Shown: piece by piece, positions 1-9,215 of the stretch
Layout of the letters: the number at the start of each line of letters is the position of its first letter
Position numbering within the stretch: position 1 is the stretch's first letter
Assembly: GCA_024276895.1 (NCBI GenBank)
Contig: JAJRWG010000158.1
Span: 1 to 43,868 of the forward strand
DNA length: 43,868 nt
DNA from: Bacteroidota bacterium
Lineage (GTDB): Bacteria > Bacteroidota > Bacteroidia > Bacteroidales > F082
Direction: 5' to 3'
Translations under genes and position numbers: made by a program
The notes under the pieces: generated by a model
The model's database searches: none
What the model saw: the letters and a program-made list of their open reading frames with translations, nothing else
What the model was told of the DNA's origin: nothing

Positions 1-81
1 CTCTTCTTAAGCACACATTACAAGTGTTTTACGGGCGTGTAAATTATTTTCAAAATTCCATTGCCGGTAATTTTAACTGCT

Positions 82-89
82 TACTTTTG
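82..89 (+). promoter_or_regulatory. Candidate Bacteroidota -7 promoter box (TACTTTTG, fits TAnnTTTG) for the YitT-like gene
   Basis: Exact TAnnTTTG match about 100 nt upstream of ATG 189. The motif is short, so chance matches are expected. Confidence 0.3.
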
Positions 90-95
90 CGCGCC

Positions 96-138
96 ATTTC
101 TGAGCGGGAAAGTGCTAACTTCCCCTGAAATCAGAAAT
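96..138 (+). promoter_or_regulatory. Two-tier stem-loop in the 5' leader of the YitT-like gene
   Basis: ATTTCTGA (96-103) is the perfect reverse complement of TCAGAAAT (131-138). Inner pair is GGGAA (106-110) with TTCCC (120-124). No T-tract follows, so it is not a canonical terminator. Confidence 0.35.
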
Positions 139-146
139 GAAAAAAA

Positions 147-177
147 ACTTTAAACTTTAAACTTTAGACTTTAAACT
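147..177 (+). repeat. 7-bp tandem repeat, about 4.4 copies (ACTTTAA ACTTTAA ACTTTAG ACTTTAA ACT)
   Basis: Read directly from the sequence. It ends 11 nt before ATG 189. Confidence 0.85.
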
Positions 178-188
178 CATCACCAGTC

Positions 189-1088
189 ATGGCATTTTTA
201 AGAAAAGAAAAACTCTTCAGCAAACGCGGACTGAAAAGCTACAGTCTGATCCTGCTCGGTTCATTCATCCTTGCAGCGGGATACGTTTTGTTTATCACAC
301 CCTACAAAATTGTGCCGGGTGGTGTGTACGGTATTTCCATCGTGCTGCACTATTTGCTGGGTACGCCGGTGGGCATGGTGGCCCTGGCTTTCGACATTCC
401 GCTGACCATCATCGGCATCAGGGTGCTGGGACCGCGCTTTGGCGTTAAAACGGTGGTGGGCTTTGTGTTTACCGCGGTTTTTGTTGACGGCCTCACTTAT
501 TTTTACGGCACCGAACCCCTGGTGGAAGGCGACGCTTTACTTTCTTCCATTTTTGGCGGGCTTTTTATGGGTATCGGGCTGGGCATGATCTTCAAGTCGC
601 GTGCAACCTCGGGCGGCACCGACATCGTGGCCATGATGATCAGCAAGTACACCCGTTTGCCTGTGGGGCAACTGATGATCATGGTCGATTCGGTCATCGT
701 GCTGCTGGGACTGCTTGTTTTTCAGGACTGGAAAATCCCGCTCTACTCGCTCATCGTCATTTTCATCACCGGAAAAGTGGTTGACACCATCCTGGAAGGG
801 ATGAATTACGACAAGGTGCTGTTCATCGTTTCGGATAAAACCGATGAAATACGGAACAAGATTATCAATGACCTCAACAGGGGCGGGACATTGATCAGGG
901 GGGAAGGTTTATACAACAACAATGACCGCCGGATCGTGTTCACCGTTGTTAACCGCCGCGAAACGGTCATGCTTCAGGATTTCATCAACGAAATTGACCC
1001 GCAGGCGTTTGTCACGGTACTCAACGCCAACGAAATTCTGGGTAACGGATTCCGTTCCCTCAAAGACAAAGTGACCGAAACGGTTTAG
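189..1088 (+). CDS. YitT-family integral membrane protein (DUF2179-type C-terminal domain)
   Basis: 299 aa with multiple hydrophobic helices. N-terminus has the pattern typical of YitT proteins (ILLGSFILAAGYVLFITPYKIVPGGVYG), followed by a soluble C-terminal domain. TAG stop. Confidence 0.8.
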   Translation: MAFLRKEKLFSKRGLKSYSLILLGSFILAAGYVLFITPYKIVPGGVYGISIVLHYLLGTPVGMVALAFDIPLTIIGIRVLGPRFGVKTVVGFVFTAVFVDGLTYFYGTEPLVEGDALLSSIFGGLFMGIGLGMIFKSRATSGGTDIVAMMISKYTRLPVGQLMIMVDSVIVLLGLLVFQDWKIPLYSLIVIFITGKVVDTILEGMNYDKVLFIVSDKTDEIRNKIINDLNRGGTLIRGEGLYNNNDRRIVFTVVNRRETVMLQDFINEIDPQAFVTVLNANEILGNGFRSLKDKVTETV

Positions 1089-1144
1089 GGGGCCGGCGGG
1101 AAGCTGCCATTCACATTAACCCGGAAAAAAACGAAGTGAGCTGT

Positions 1145-2476
1145 TTACTTGTTAAACAACTTCACAATGTCATTGCCGTTGGCCAGGATGAGCAGGCTGA
1201 AAAGGATGATCATCCCCACAATTTGCGCGTACTCCAGGAATTTGTCGCTGGGTTTGCGCTGTGCGATGATCTCGTAAAGAAGGAACATCACGTGGCCACC
1301 GTCCAGCGCGGGGATGGGCAGGATGTTGATGATGGCCAGCATGATGGACAAAAAGGCCGTCAGCCGCCAGAAGCTTTCCCAGTGCCACTCGGCAGGAAAG
1401 ATACTGCCGATCATGATAAAACCGCCGACACCTTCGTAGGCTTTCACCTCGGGTGAGAACAGCAGTTTGAGCTGTTTGAGGTAGTTGCCGATACCGCTCC
1501 AGGTACGGTTAAAACCTGCAGGGATGGCCTGTACAACGGTGTAATCCTTTTTGTTCAGCTTGAAAAAAGCACTCATGTCGCCTTCGGGGTACACCCCGAT
1601 CAGCCCGTCCTCGCCCAGTTGCATTTGCAGGTGGAGGGTGTCGTTGCCGCGCTTGGCCATGACCACCACGCTTTCGTTTTTGTGTTTTTGGATTTCGGTC
1701 CTGAATTCCGAAAAGTATTTCAGGATTGAGCCGTTCAGCCCGATGACCGTGTCGCCGACCTCCATGCCGGACTCTTTAGCAACGGATCCTTTGGCGAATT
1801 TGGCTGCCACAAAGGGGATGCGCACCGAAATGAATTGCGGCGATTTGTGCTTGATCAGCTTGTTCAGGCTGCCTTCGGGAAAATAAATATCAACTTCTTT
1901 TCCATCGCGGATCACCTGTGCCGTTTTTACCTCGTTCAGGATGATGTTCACGGGTATTTTCTGGAAGTCCTCGACGTACTCACCGTCAAGCGAGACAATT
2001 TTGTCGCCGTCGCGGAAACCCATTTCCATGGCCAGGCTGTCCACGCTGATGCCGAATTTATTGGCTTCGGAGGTGGGAAGGTATTCTTCGCCGTAATAGC
2101 TGAGGATGCCGATGTAAATGATGATGGCCAGCACCACATTCATGATGACGCCGCCAAGCATGATGATGAGCCGCTGCCACGCCGGTTTGGAACGGAACTC
2201 CCAGGGTTGCGGCGGTTTGGCCATCTGTTCCTTGTCCATCGACTCGTCGATCATTCCTGTAATTTTGACATAACCCCCAAGGGGCAGCCAGCCCAGACCG
2301 TATTCGGTGCCTGTGTAGCTGAATTTGAAAATGGAGAACCAGGGATTGAAAAAGAGGTAAAATTTCTCGACCCTGGTGTGAAATATTTTTGCTGCTGCAA
2401 AATGCCCGAACTCATGGACAATGACCAGGATTGACAGGCTCAGTATCAGTTGCAGTATTTTTATTAAAATTTCCAT
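1145..2476 (-). CDS. rseP: RIP metalloprotease RseP (site-2 protease, peptidase M50)
   Basis: 443 aa. HEFGHF zinc motif in the first TM helix, internal PDZ-like region, C-terminal LDGG motif (NILPIPALDGGH). Lies immediately downstream of dxr, a classic synteny. Confidence 0.92.
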   Translation of the reverse strand: MEILIKILQLILSLSILVIVHEFGHFAAAKIFHTRVEKFYLFFNPWFSIFKFSYTGTEYGLGWLPLGGYVKITGMIDESMDKEQMAKPPQPWEFRSKPAWQRLIIMLGGVIMNVVLAIIIYIGILSYYGEEYLPTSEANKFGISVDSLAMEMGFRDGDKIVSLDGEYVEDFQKIPVNIILNEVKTAQVIRDGKEVDIYFPEGSLNKLIKHKSPQFISVRIPFVAAKFAKGSVAKESGMEVGDTVIGLNGSILKYFSEFRTEIQKHKNESVVVMAKRGNDTLHLQMQLGEDGLIGVYPEGDMSAFFKLNKKDYTVVQAIPAGFNRTWSGIGNYLKQLKLLFSPEVKAYEGVGGFIMIGSIFPAEWHWESFWRLTAFLSIMLAIINILPIPALDGGHVMFLLYEIIAQRKPSDKFLEYAQIVGMIILFSLLILANGNDIVKLFNK

Positions 2477-2483
2477 AGTTTGT

Positions 2484-3650
2484 TTAACTCCGTTTTCTTT
2501 TTACAATTGCGTTCGCTTTTTCGCGGGTCAGCCGGTCGGTTTGCAGGTAGTCTTCCAGCGATGGCTTCCGGATGAAATTTACCGTTTGCATGCAGCTTTC
2601 CACAATTTCTGGAATCCGGTCGAAGCCGATTTGTCCGGTTAAAAAAGCCTGAACGGCTATCTCGTTGGCAGCGTTCAGGATACACGGCAAATTACCTCCT
2701 TTTTTCAGGGCTTCAAAAGCGAGTGCAAGATTACGAAAATTTTTAATATCGGGGGCTTCAAAATCAAGATGTTTCACCTGAAGCAAATCCAGGGCAGGCA
2801 ACTTGCCGGGCAGGCGGTCGGGATAGCTCAGTGCAAACTGAATGGGCACAAACATGTCGGGAGTGCCCAACTGTGCTTTCACCACCCCGTCGGCAAAATA
2901 AACCAGCGAGTGCACCACAGCCTGCGGGTGGACAACAACCTCGATGCGGGAAGGCGGAAGGTTGAACAGCCAGTGGGCTTCAATGGCTTCAAAACCCTTG
3001 TTCATCAGCGTGGCCGAGTCAACGGTTACCTTGTTTCCCATCTTTTTCCAAACGGGATGCTTCAGCGCATCGGCGGGGGTCACCCGTTTGAGTTGTTCAC
3101 TGTCCATCCCCCTGAAGGGGCCTCCCGTTGCCGTCAGTACCACCTTCTCAACGGGGTTGTTGCCTTCGCCCATCAGGCACTGAAAAATGGCCGAGTGTTC
3201 CGAATCCACGGGGATGATGGAGGTGCGGTTTTCGGCAGCAGCCTGCCTGACCAGTTCGCCTGCAACCACCAGGCTCTCCTTGTTGGCAAGGGCTACCCTT
3301 TTTTTGTTGCGCAGTGCCGACAGTAACGGATTCAGTGCGTCAAATCCCGTGATGGCTAACAGCACCTGGTCGATGCTTTCCATTTCAAGCACCTGTTCAA
3401 TGGCCTTGCTGCCCGCGTAAACTTTGATGTCCAGCGGGTCGAGGGCGTCAAAAACTTTTCGGTAGTGTTCATCATTGCCGGTAACCACCACATTGGGTTT
3501 GTGCTCAACAGCCTGGCTGATGAGCAGTTCGGGGTTGTTAAAAGCCGTCAGCACTTCCACCCCAAAGTTTTCGAGATGGGTTTTGATGACTTCCAGGGCC
3601 TGTGTTCCCACCGAACCTGTGGAGCCTAAAATGGCAATTTGTTTTTTCAT
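2484..3650 (-). CDS. dxr: 1-deoxy-D-xylulose-5-phosphate reductoisomerase
   Basis: 388 aa. N-terminal NADPH-binding motif ILGSTGSVG, then SEHSAIFQC and NKGFE motifs typical of Dxr. Lies 7 nt upstream of rseP. Confidence 0.95.
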   Translation of the reverse strand: MKKQIAILGSTGSVGTQALEVIKTHLENFGVEVLTAFNNPELLISQAVEHKPNVVVTGNDEHYRKVFDALDPLDIKVYAGSKAIEQVLEMESIDQVLLAITGFDALNPLLSALRNKKRVALANKESLVVAGELVRQAAAENRTSIIPVDSEHSAIFQCLMGEGNNPVEKVVLTATGGPFRGMDSEQLKRVTPADALKHPVWKKMGNKVTVDSATLMNKGFEAIEAHWLFNLPPSRIEVVVHPQAVVHSLVYFADGVVKAQLGTPDMFVPIQFALSYPDRLPGKLPALDLLQVKHLDFEAPDIKNFRNLALAFEALKKGGNLPCILNAANEIAVQAFLTGQIGFDRIPEIVESCMQTVNFIRKPSLEDYLQTDRLTREKANAIVKRKRS

Positions 3651-4534
3651 TATTCAAAAATAATGTACTCTTCAGGATTGATGGGTGTTCCGTTGAACCA
3701 AAGTTCGAAATGCAGGTGCGGCCCGCTGATCAGTTCGCCCGATTCACCCGCGATGGCGATGGGATCGCCGGCATTGACGTGCTCGCCCTGGTTTTTCAGC
3801 AGTACCGAATTGTGCTTGTAAAAACTCACCAGGTTACGCTCGTGCTGGATGGCAATGACGTAGCCGGTTTCAAGCGTCCAGTCGGTGAAGATAACCGTGC
3901 CGTCGAGGGTGGCTTTCACCGCTTCGTTGTGCGAGGCCACGATGTCGGTGCCATAGTGCTTTTCGGCCACGTTAAAGCGTGAAGTAATCACACCGTTGAT
4001 GGGTGCGAAAAAATTGAAGCTGCGAATGGAGGAACGCGAACTCTCTCGCAATTGGCCGTATTCGTTAAAGTAGAGGTTGTACATATTCTGGCTTTCGAAC
4101 TCGGCACGCAGCAGGCTGTCCTCAACCGATTTGTGCAGGGTAATGGTGTCGTAACCCGGCACGTGCTCTGGCGAAACGGCAGCTTCGTCAACAATTTCCT
4201 TGTCTTCGATGATGTTTTTGATATTCTGAATGTATAAATCCTTTTGGCGCAGGTTGTTCAGCAACGAATCGGCAATGATGTTCAGCCTGTACAACTGCTT
4301 GCGCTGTTCAACATTGGGATAGCCCGGAATGTATTCCCTGATGGGGGTATTGGCTATCAGAAAAAAAGTAAAGATGATAAAAATGATGCCCAGGCTGAGA
4401 AATGTAACAATGACATTGAGCCTGGTGAGCCGAACGGAAAAGCGTTCCTCGAAGGTCTGGTCGTTAAAGATCGCCAAACGGTACTTGCTGCGTAACTTCC
4501 TGTACCATTTTTCCCTGTTCCCGCTTTTTGCCAT
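3650..4534 (-). CDS. M23 family (LytM-type) metallopeptidase, membrane anchored
   Basis: C-terminal M23 signature (HYGTDI, GESGELISGPHLHFELW) and one N-terminal TM helix. The ORF track starts at 4594, but the ATG at 4534 (MAKSGNREKW...) gives the usual basic N-terminus. Its stop overlaps the dxr start (TAATG). Confidence 0.85.
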   Translation of the reverse strand: MAKSGNREKWYRKLRSKYRLAIFNDQTFEERFSVRLTRLNVIVTFLSLGIIFIIFTFFLIANTPIREYIPGYPNVEQRKQLYRLNIIADSLLNNLRQKDLYIQNIKNIIEDKEIVDEAAVSPEHVPGYDTITLHKSVEDSLLRAEFESQNMYNLYFNEYGQLRESSRSSIRSFNFFAPINGVITSRFNVAEKHYGTDIVASHNEAVKATLDGTVIFTDWTLETGYVIAIQHERNLVSFYKHNSVLLKNQGEHVNAGDPIAIAGESGELISGPHLHFELWFNGTPINPEEYIIFE

Positions 4535-4702
4535 GCAATTGCTTTTAAATTGCAAAGGTATTGCAAAAAAGCCGAACAGAAGCAACCAAGGCATGGACTT
4601 AAAACATCTTGTAAAACCTGCTCCCTGCTCTTGTTGCCGGTGATTTTCGATCCGGACTTTTAATTTTTTAACATTCCATGCCGTTTTTTAAGCCACAGAC
4701 CT

Positions 4703-4710
4703 TACTTTTG
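4703..4710 (+). promoter_or_regulatory. Candidate -7 promoter box (TACTTTTG) for sprE/porW
   Basis: TAnnTTTG match 56 nt upstream of the TTG start at 4766, in the divergent intergenic region. Confidence 0.3.
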
Positions 4711-4765
4711 CCGCACATTTTGTAATATTATTAGTGAAAATAAGTTATACAGGAAATTATCCGGA

Positions 4766-7438
4766 TTGAAAGCCCAAACATTACATAAGCATATTTTACG
4801 TCTGGCGGTGTTTCTTGTTTTACTGAATCTGGTTTCCTGCTCCACCAAAAAAAACACGGGCCTGCGACGTGCCTACCATAACCTTACCTGCCATTACAAT
4901 GTGTGGTGGAACGGCGACGTGAGCCTGGCTGAGGGGATGCAGAGCCTGCGTCAATCGGCAAAAGACAACTACAACAAAGTGCTGCCGGTTTACAACTACG
5001 GCACTAAACAGGATGCACAGTCGCTGAACCCCAAAATGGACCGTGCCATCAAAAAGGCTTCCATTGCTATCCAGCGCCACTCCATGTCGTTCGGCGGCAA
5101 GGAATACGTCAAATGGATTGACGACAGCTATATGATGATGGGGAAGGCGCACTTTATAAAACAGGATTACACCAGTGCGCGAAGGGTTTTCGATTATGTG
5201 GCCAAGGACTACACCGAATCACCCATTCACTACGAGGCTTACCTTTGGCTGGCCCAGACTTACATTCAGACCGAACGCTTTGAAAAGGCCGAAGCCACCC
5301 TCAACCTGCTGTACAGCTTGAAAGAAAAAGAAGAGCTTCCCAAAGAAGTGCTCAGGGAAATGCCGCTGGTTTATGCCGATTTTTTCATCGCCCCGGAAAA
5401 TTACGATGCTGCTTACCCATACCTTGAACGCGGACTGGAACTGGGGAATAATAAGGATATGATCACGCGGGTAGAGTTCATCCTCGGGCAGATCAATCAG
5501 TTGGAAGGTGACCTTGACATGGCTACCACTTACTACAGAAGCGTCATCAAGCGCAACCCGGATTACCGCATGGCTTTTGAGGCACGTATCAGCATGGCAG
5601 AGTGCTACGACGAAGGTTCGGGTGACAGCAAGTATGTAAATAAGGTGTTGCTCAAAATGGCTAAAGATGGCCGGAACAAGGAATTTCTGGATCAGATTTA
5701 CTATGCGCTTGCCAAGGTGGCGCTGAAAGACGAAAACGACACCCTGGGTATTTCATACCTGAGAAAATCGGTGAGTGTCAGCAGAAGCGATAATTACCAG
5801 AAAGCCACTTCGGCCATCACCTTAGCTGATCTGTTCTTCGATGAGGGAGATTATGCCCTTTCGCAAGCCTATTACGATACGGCCGCTGCGGTGTTACCCA
5901 AAGATTTTCCCGATTACGATGCAATCAAAGGTAAGGCCTCGGTCTTGTCAGAACTGGTGGTACAGGTGCAAACCATTGATGAGCAGGACAGCCTCCAGCG
6001 CCTGGCAGCGCTCGACACCACGACCCTGTATGCCATGATTGACGGAATTATTGAGAAATACAAGCTGGAAAAGGAACGGGCTGCGGCCGAGGCAGAGGAT
6101 TTGGCAGAAGAGGGAGTGCAGTTTGTGAATATGGGCGGCGGCCCCAGCAGCAACCCTTCGCTGGGTGGAGGCAAATGGTATTTCTACAATCCCGCGGCGT
6201 TGAGTTACGGCTATTCCGAATTTATCAAAAAATGGGGCAGCCGGAAACTGGAAGACAACTGGCGCCTGACAGACAAACGTATGGTCATGCAGGATTATGA
6301 CAGAGGTGCCCAGGCAGAAAACGATACCGCAAGCGTTGCTGACACAGCGCTGGCAAAAGGTGCTGCTTCCACCGATCCCGAGAACAGAAACTACTACCTG
6401 GTAAACATTCCCCGAACCGAAAGCCAGCTGCAGGCCTCTACTGAAAAAATTATCGAAGCTTACAACAAACTGGGCTACCTTTACCTTGAAGAACTGAAAG
6501 ATACGGTAAATGCCACCGAAACCTATTACAAATTCCTTGAGAAATACCCTGAAAACAAGTACCGTCTCCAGTCGTGGTATGCCTTGTACAAGATTTACAA
6601 CGAAAAGGGTAATGAGTAAAAGGCCGCCTACTACAAAAGCCTGATCGTTAGCAATTATCCCGACAGCGATTACGCCAAAGTCATTATCGATCCCGATTAT
6701 TACATTAAGCTGAGCGAGCAGAAGAGTCTGGCCGCAAAGCTCTACGAAAAAACTTACAAGGCTTACACCCGTCAACAGTTTTACCGGGTGATCGCCTATG
6801 CCGACAAAGGGATGAAGCAATATCCGTCAGACACGGCCGTGATGCCGAAGTTTATGTTTTTACGGGCCGTGTCTCTGGGTAAGGTGGACGTGCCCGACAC
6901 CATGTACACAGCCATCAACGAACTTGTTCTGGCCTATCCGTCGAGCCCGGTCATTCCGATGGCCAAAGAAATCCTGCGGGTGTTGCAAACGGAATACGGC
7001 ATAGGTCAGCCACTGGAAGAAGAGCAAAACGGCAAGGGTGGTAAAGGAAAAGGTAAAAATCTGTACTTTTACAATCCTGATGAGCTGCACCTGGTGATGA
7101 TGGTTATTGTTTCGCCCGATGTAAGGATCGAAGCGCTTAAAGTAAGGATATCGGATTTTAAAAATAAGTATTTTCGCCTGGCGCGCTTGCGCATCAAAAG
7201 CCTGATGCTTGACAACCAGCGGACATTAATCACCATCGGAAATTTTGATGATGCGAGCGATGCCGAAGATTTTGTGATGGCACTGAGGAATGACGAGTAC
7301 GTATTGTCGGGGATGGAAGGAAAAAACTTTGAAATTGTTAGTATTTCCATGAAGAATTACCCTGCGTTTTACAAGGATAAAAGCATTGAGGATTACCTGA
7401 AGTTTTACAATGAAAATTATAAAAATGAAAAAAAGTAG
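4766..7438 (+). pseudogene. sprE: SprE/PorW-like T9SS TPR lipoprotein, interrupted by one in-frame TAA at 6617-6619
   Basis: Lipoprotein signal (LLNLVSC), then YHNLTCHYNVWWNG, TPR-like repeats, the WYFYNP...EFIKKWGSRKLEDNWRL block, and SNYPDSDYAKVI. ORFs 4766-6619 and 6788-7438 are in the same frame. The 56 codons between them (6620-6787) have no stop and read as protein (KAAYYKSLIVSNYPDSDYAKVIIDPDYY...). The combined 890 codons fit the size of SprE-type proteins. Confidence 0.75.
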
Positions 7439-7805
7439 TACCGGTCTGAATGGTGATGGCCCAGCACGCAACATCATTGCCCTGGGTACGGTTATTAACG
7501 GTGACATTGTATCGGACGGCGACTTCCGCATCGAAGGTACACTCAACGGAACCGTTAAAGCCAAAGGTAAAATTGTAATTGGTGAAACGGGTAAAATTGA
7601 CGGACAGGTCTCCTGTCAGAACGCCGACATTTGCGGCACCGTAAAAGCCAAACTGGAAGTAACGGAACTGACTGTCCTGAAGGCAACGTCTGACTTTGAA
7701 GGTGACATCGTCACCAAAAAAATTTCCATTGAACCCGGTGCTGTGTTTTCGGGGACCTGCCACATGAAAACGGAGAAGAGCCAGGTGGCAGTGCAAAAAA
7801 AATAA
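7410..7805 (+). CDS. Bactofilin (polymer-forming cytoskeletal protein, DUF583)
   Basis: 131 aa of beta-helix-type repeats (GDIVSDGDFRIEGTLNGTVKAKGKIVIGETGKIDGQV...). Alternative start at 7425. Overlaps the sprE 3' end. Confidence 0.85.
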   Translation: MKIIKMKKSSTGLNGDGPARNIIALGTVINGDIVSDGDFRIEGTLNGTVKAKGKIVIGETGKIDGQVSCQNADICGTVKAKLEVTELTVLKATSDFEGDIVTKKISIEPGAVFSGTCHMKTEKSQVAVQKK

Positions 7806-8027
7806 ATGGAGAAAAAAAACAAAAAAAACAACCCGTTAAAATTCTACGCCCAGTATTCGTCACTGGCCTTGCAGATGGTCATTATTATTGTAGCCGGTGC
7901 CTTTGGTGGTAAAGAACTGGACGAGTGGCTGCAATGGGGGTTTCCCGTTTTTACCCTTGTACTCACCATACTGGCAGTGGTTATAGCCATTATTTACGGC
8001 ATGCGCGAGATTTTTAAACAGAAATAA
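7806..8027 (+). CDS. AtpZ/AtpI-family small membrane protein (ATP synthase operon leader-gene family)
   Basis: 73 aa with two TM helices and the family pattern GAFGGKELDEWLQWGFPVFTL. Its ATG directly abuts the bactofilin TAA. Confidence 0.7.
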   Translation: MEKKNKKNNPLKFYAQYSSLALQMVIIIVAGAFGGKELDEWLQWGFPVFTLVLTILAVVIAIIYGMREIFKQK

Positions 8028-8033
8028 AAACTG

Positions 8034-8405
8034 ATGTTAAAAGGCTTTTCTTTAAAACTGACAACGCTTGCCCTGATCCTGGGGTTTATCAGCCTTGCCC
8101 TTTATCTTTGGGTACCTGCCATCCCCGTCAGTCCTGCCTTCCCCTACGCCCTGATTTTTCTCTACCTCTTTACACTCATTGTTTATAGCACTCTTTCGAA
8201 ATCCATGCAAAAGCGCACCAGCCAGTTTGCCAATGCTGTCATGCTGGTCAATTTCGGAAAACTCCTGATATACGCAGCCCTTATTTTTATTTATGCTTAC
8301 TTCAGGCGTTCCGATGCCATCCCCTTCACCCTGATTTTTTTCGTGTATTATATTTTCTTCACTTCGATGGAGGTTTTTTCCCTGCTCAATGCAGGAAAGA
8401 AATAG
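8034..8405 (+). CDS. Small polytopic membrane protein of unknown function
   Basis: 123 aa with about four hydrophobic helices. Starts 6 nt after the atpZ-like stop. No motif recognised. Confidence 0.6.
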   Translation: MLKGFSLKLTTLALILGFISLALYLWVPAIPVSPAFPYALIFLYLFTLIVYSTLSKSMQKRTSQFANAVMLVNFGKLLIYAALIFIYAYFRRSDAIPFTLIFFVYYIFFTSMEVFSLLNAGKK

Positions 8406-8675
8406 TATTTTTCTGTAATGCGGGTCAACTTTGTCTGTCGCCGGATGCCGGTTTTGAGGTTCAGGAGCTTTTCCGGGAGCAATCACGCAGCTTTTGTTTT
8501 GAAAAAAGTCAGGGCTGATTGCTGCATACATTCACCGGCTTTAATTCAGATAATCAAAAACATAAGTCATCGAAAGAGAAAAAAAATTGCCGCCGCTCAA
8601 CTTTTTCGCAGTGAACAAACCTGGTTTAAATTAAATTTCTATTTTTAGACTTTCAAACTGGAAGGATTTTTGCCG

Positions 8676-9110
8676 ATGTTGATCAAAGGGTCATTTGAAG
8701 ATTTTCTCTATATTTTAGTGGGTTTAATTTGGCTTGCTTTTTCCGTTTACAAGGGGGTGAAAAAAAAGAAACCACAGCCTTCATCCAAAGAAGAAAGCAG
8801 CAAGAGGAAATCGGCTTTGGAAACGATGATGGAACAATTCATGGTAGAAGAACCCGAAACCATTGTTTACGAAACCCCATCCCCTGACCCTGTACCGCAA
8901 ACAGACACAGACGAAAAGATATTTTCGTACGATGATATTTACGAAGAAAGCAACCAATTGGAAACTTCTGCCGTCTATGACAGAAGGCCGGAGCCTGAAA
9001 AAAAAGTCGTAACCAAACCAGAATCCACACGCAAAAAGAAAAAAATACGGCGATTTGATGTTCGGAAAGCAGTGATTTATTCGGAAATTTTGAATAGGCG
9101 CTACTTCTGA
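8676..9110 (+). CDS. Hypothetical single-pass membrane protein with a K/E/P-rich tail
   Basis: ATG at 8676 (the ORF track uses TTG at 8670). One N-terminal TM helix (FLYILVGLIWLAFSVY), then a low-complexity charged region ending in VIYSEILNRRYF. No family recognised. Confidence 0.5.
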   Translation: MLIKGSFEDFLYILVGLIWLAFSVYKGVKKKKPQPSSKEESSKRKSALETMMEQFMVEEPETIVYETPSPDPVPQTDTDEKIFSYDDIYEESNQLETSAVYDRRPEPEKKVVTKPESTRKKKKIRRFDVRKAVIYSEILNRRYF

Positions 9111-9215
9111 AAAAAAAGGTGTTAAAAAATGTTAATGGGTATTTCTATTTATTAGTAAATTTACCCACTTTTTTATTTGAGATAAAGCAGAATTTTTGAA
9201 TATAAATTTGTAGGT

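Noticed and set aside
5948-6820. 290-aa minus-strand ORF spanning the sprE interruption site
   Set aside because: It lies antisense to a well-supported CDS. It has hydrophobic low-information composition typical of shadow ORFs, no recognisable motif, and no promoter or start context.
8644-8659. TTTAGACTTTCAAACT resembles TTTAGACTTTAAACT at 163-177; both lie just upstream of membrane-protein starts
   Set aside because: This is a 15-16-nt AT-rich match with one indel. A match of that size is expected by chance in pairwise comparison of 44 kb, so it is not enough to call a shared regulatory element.
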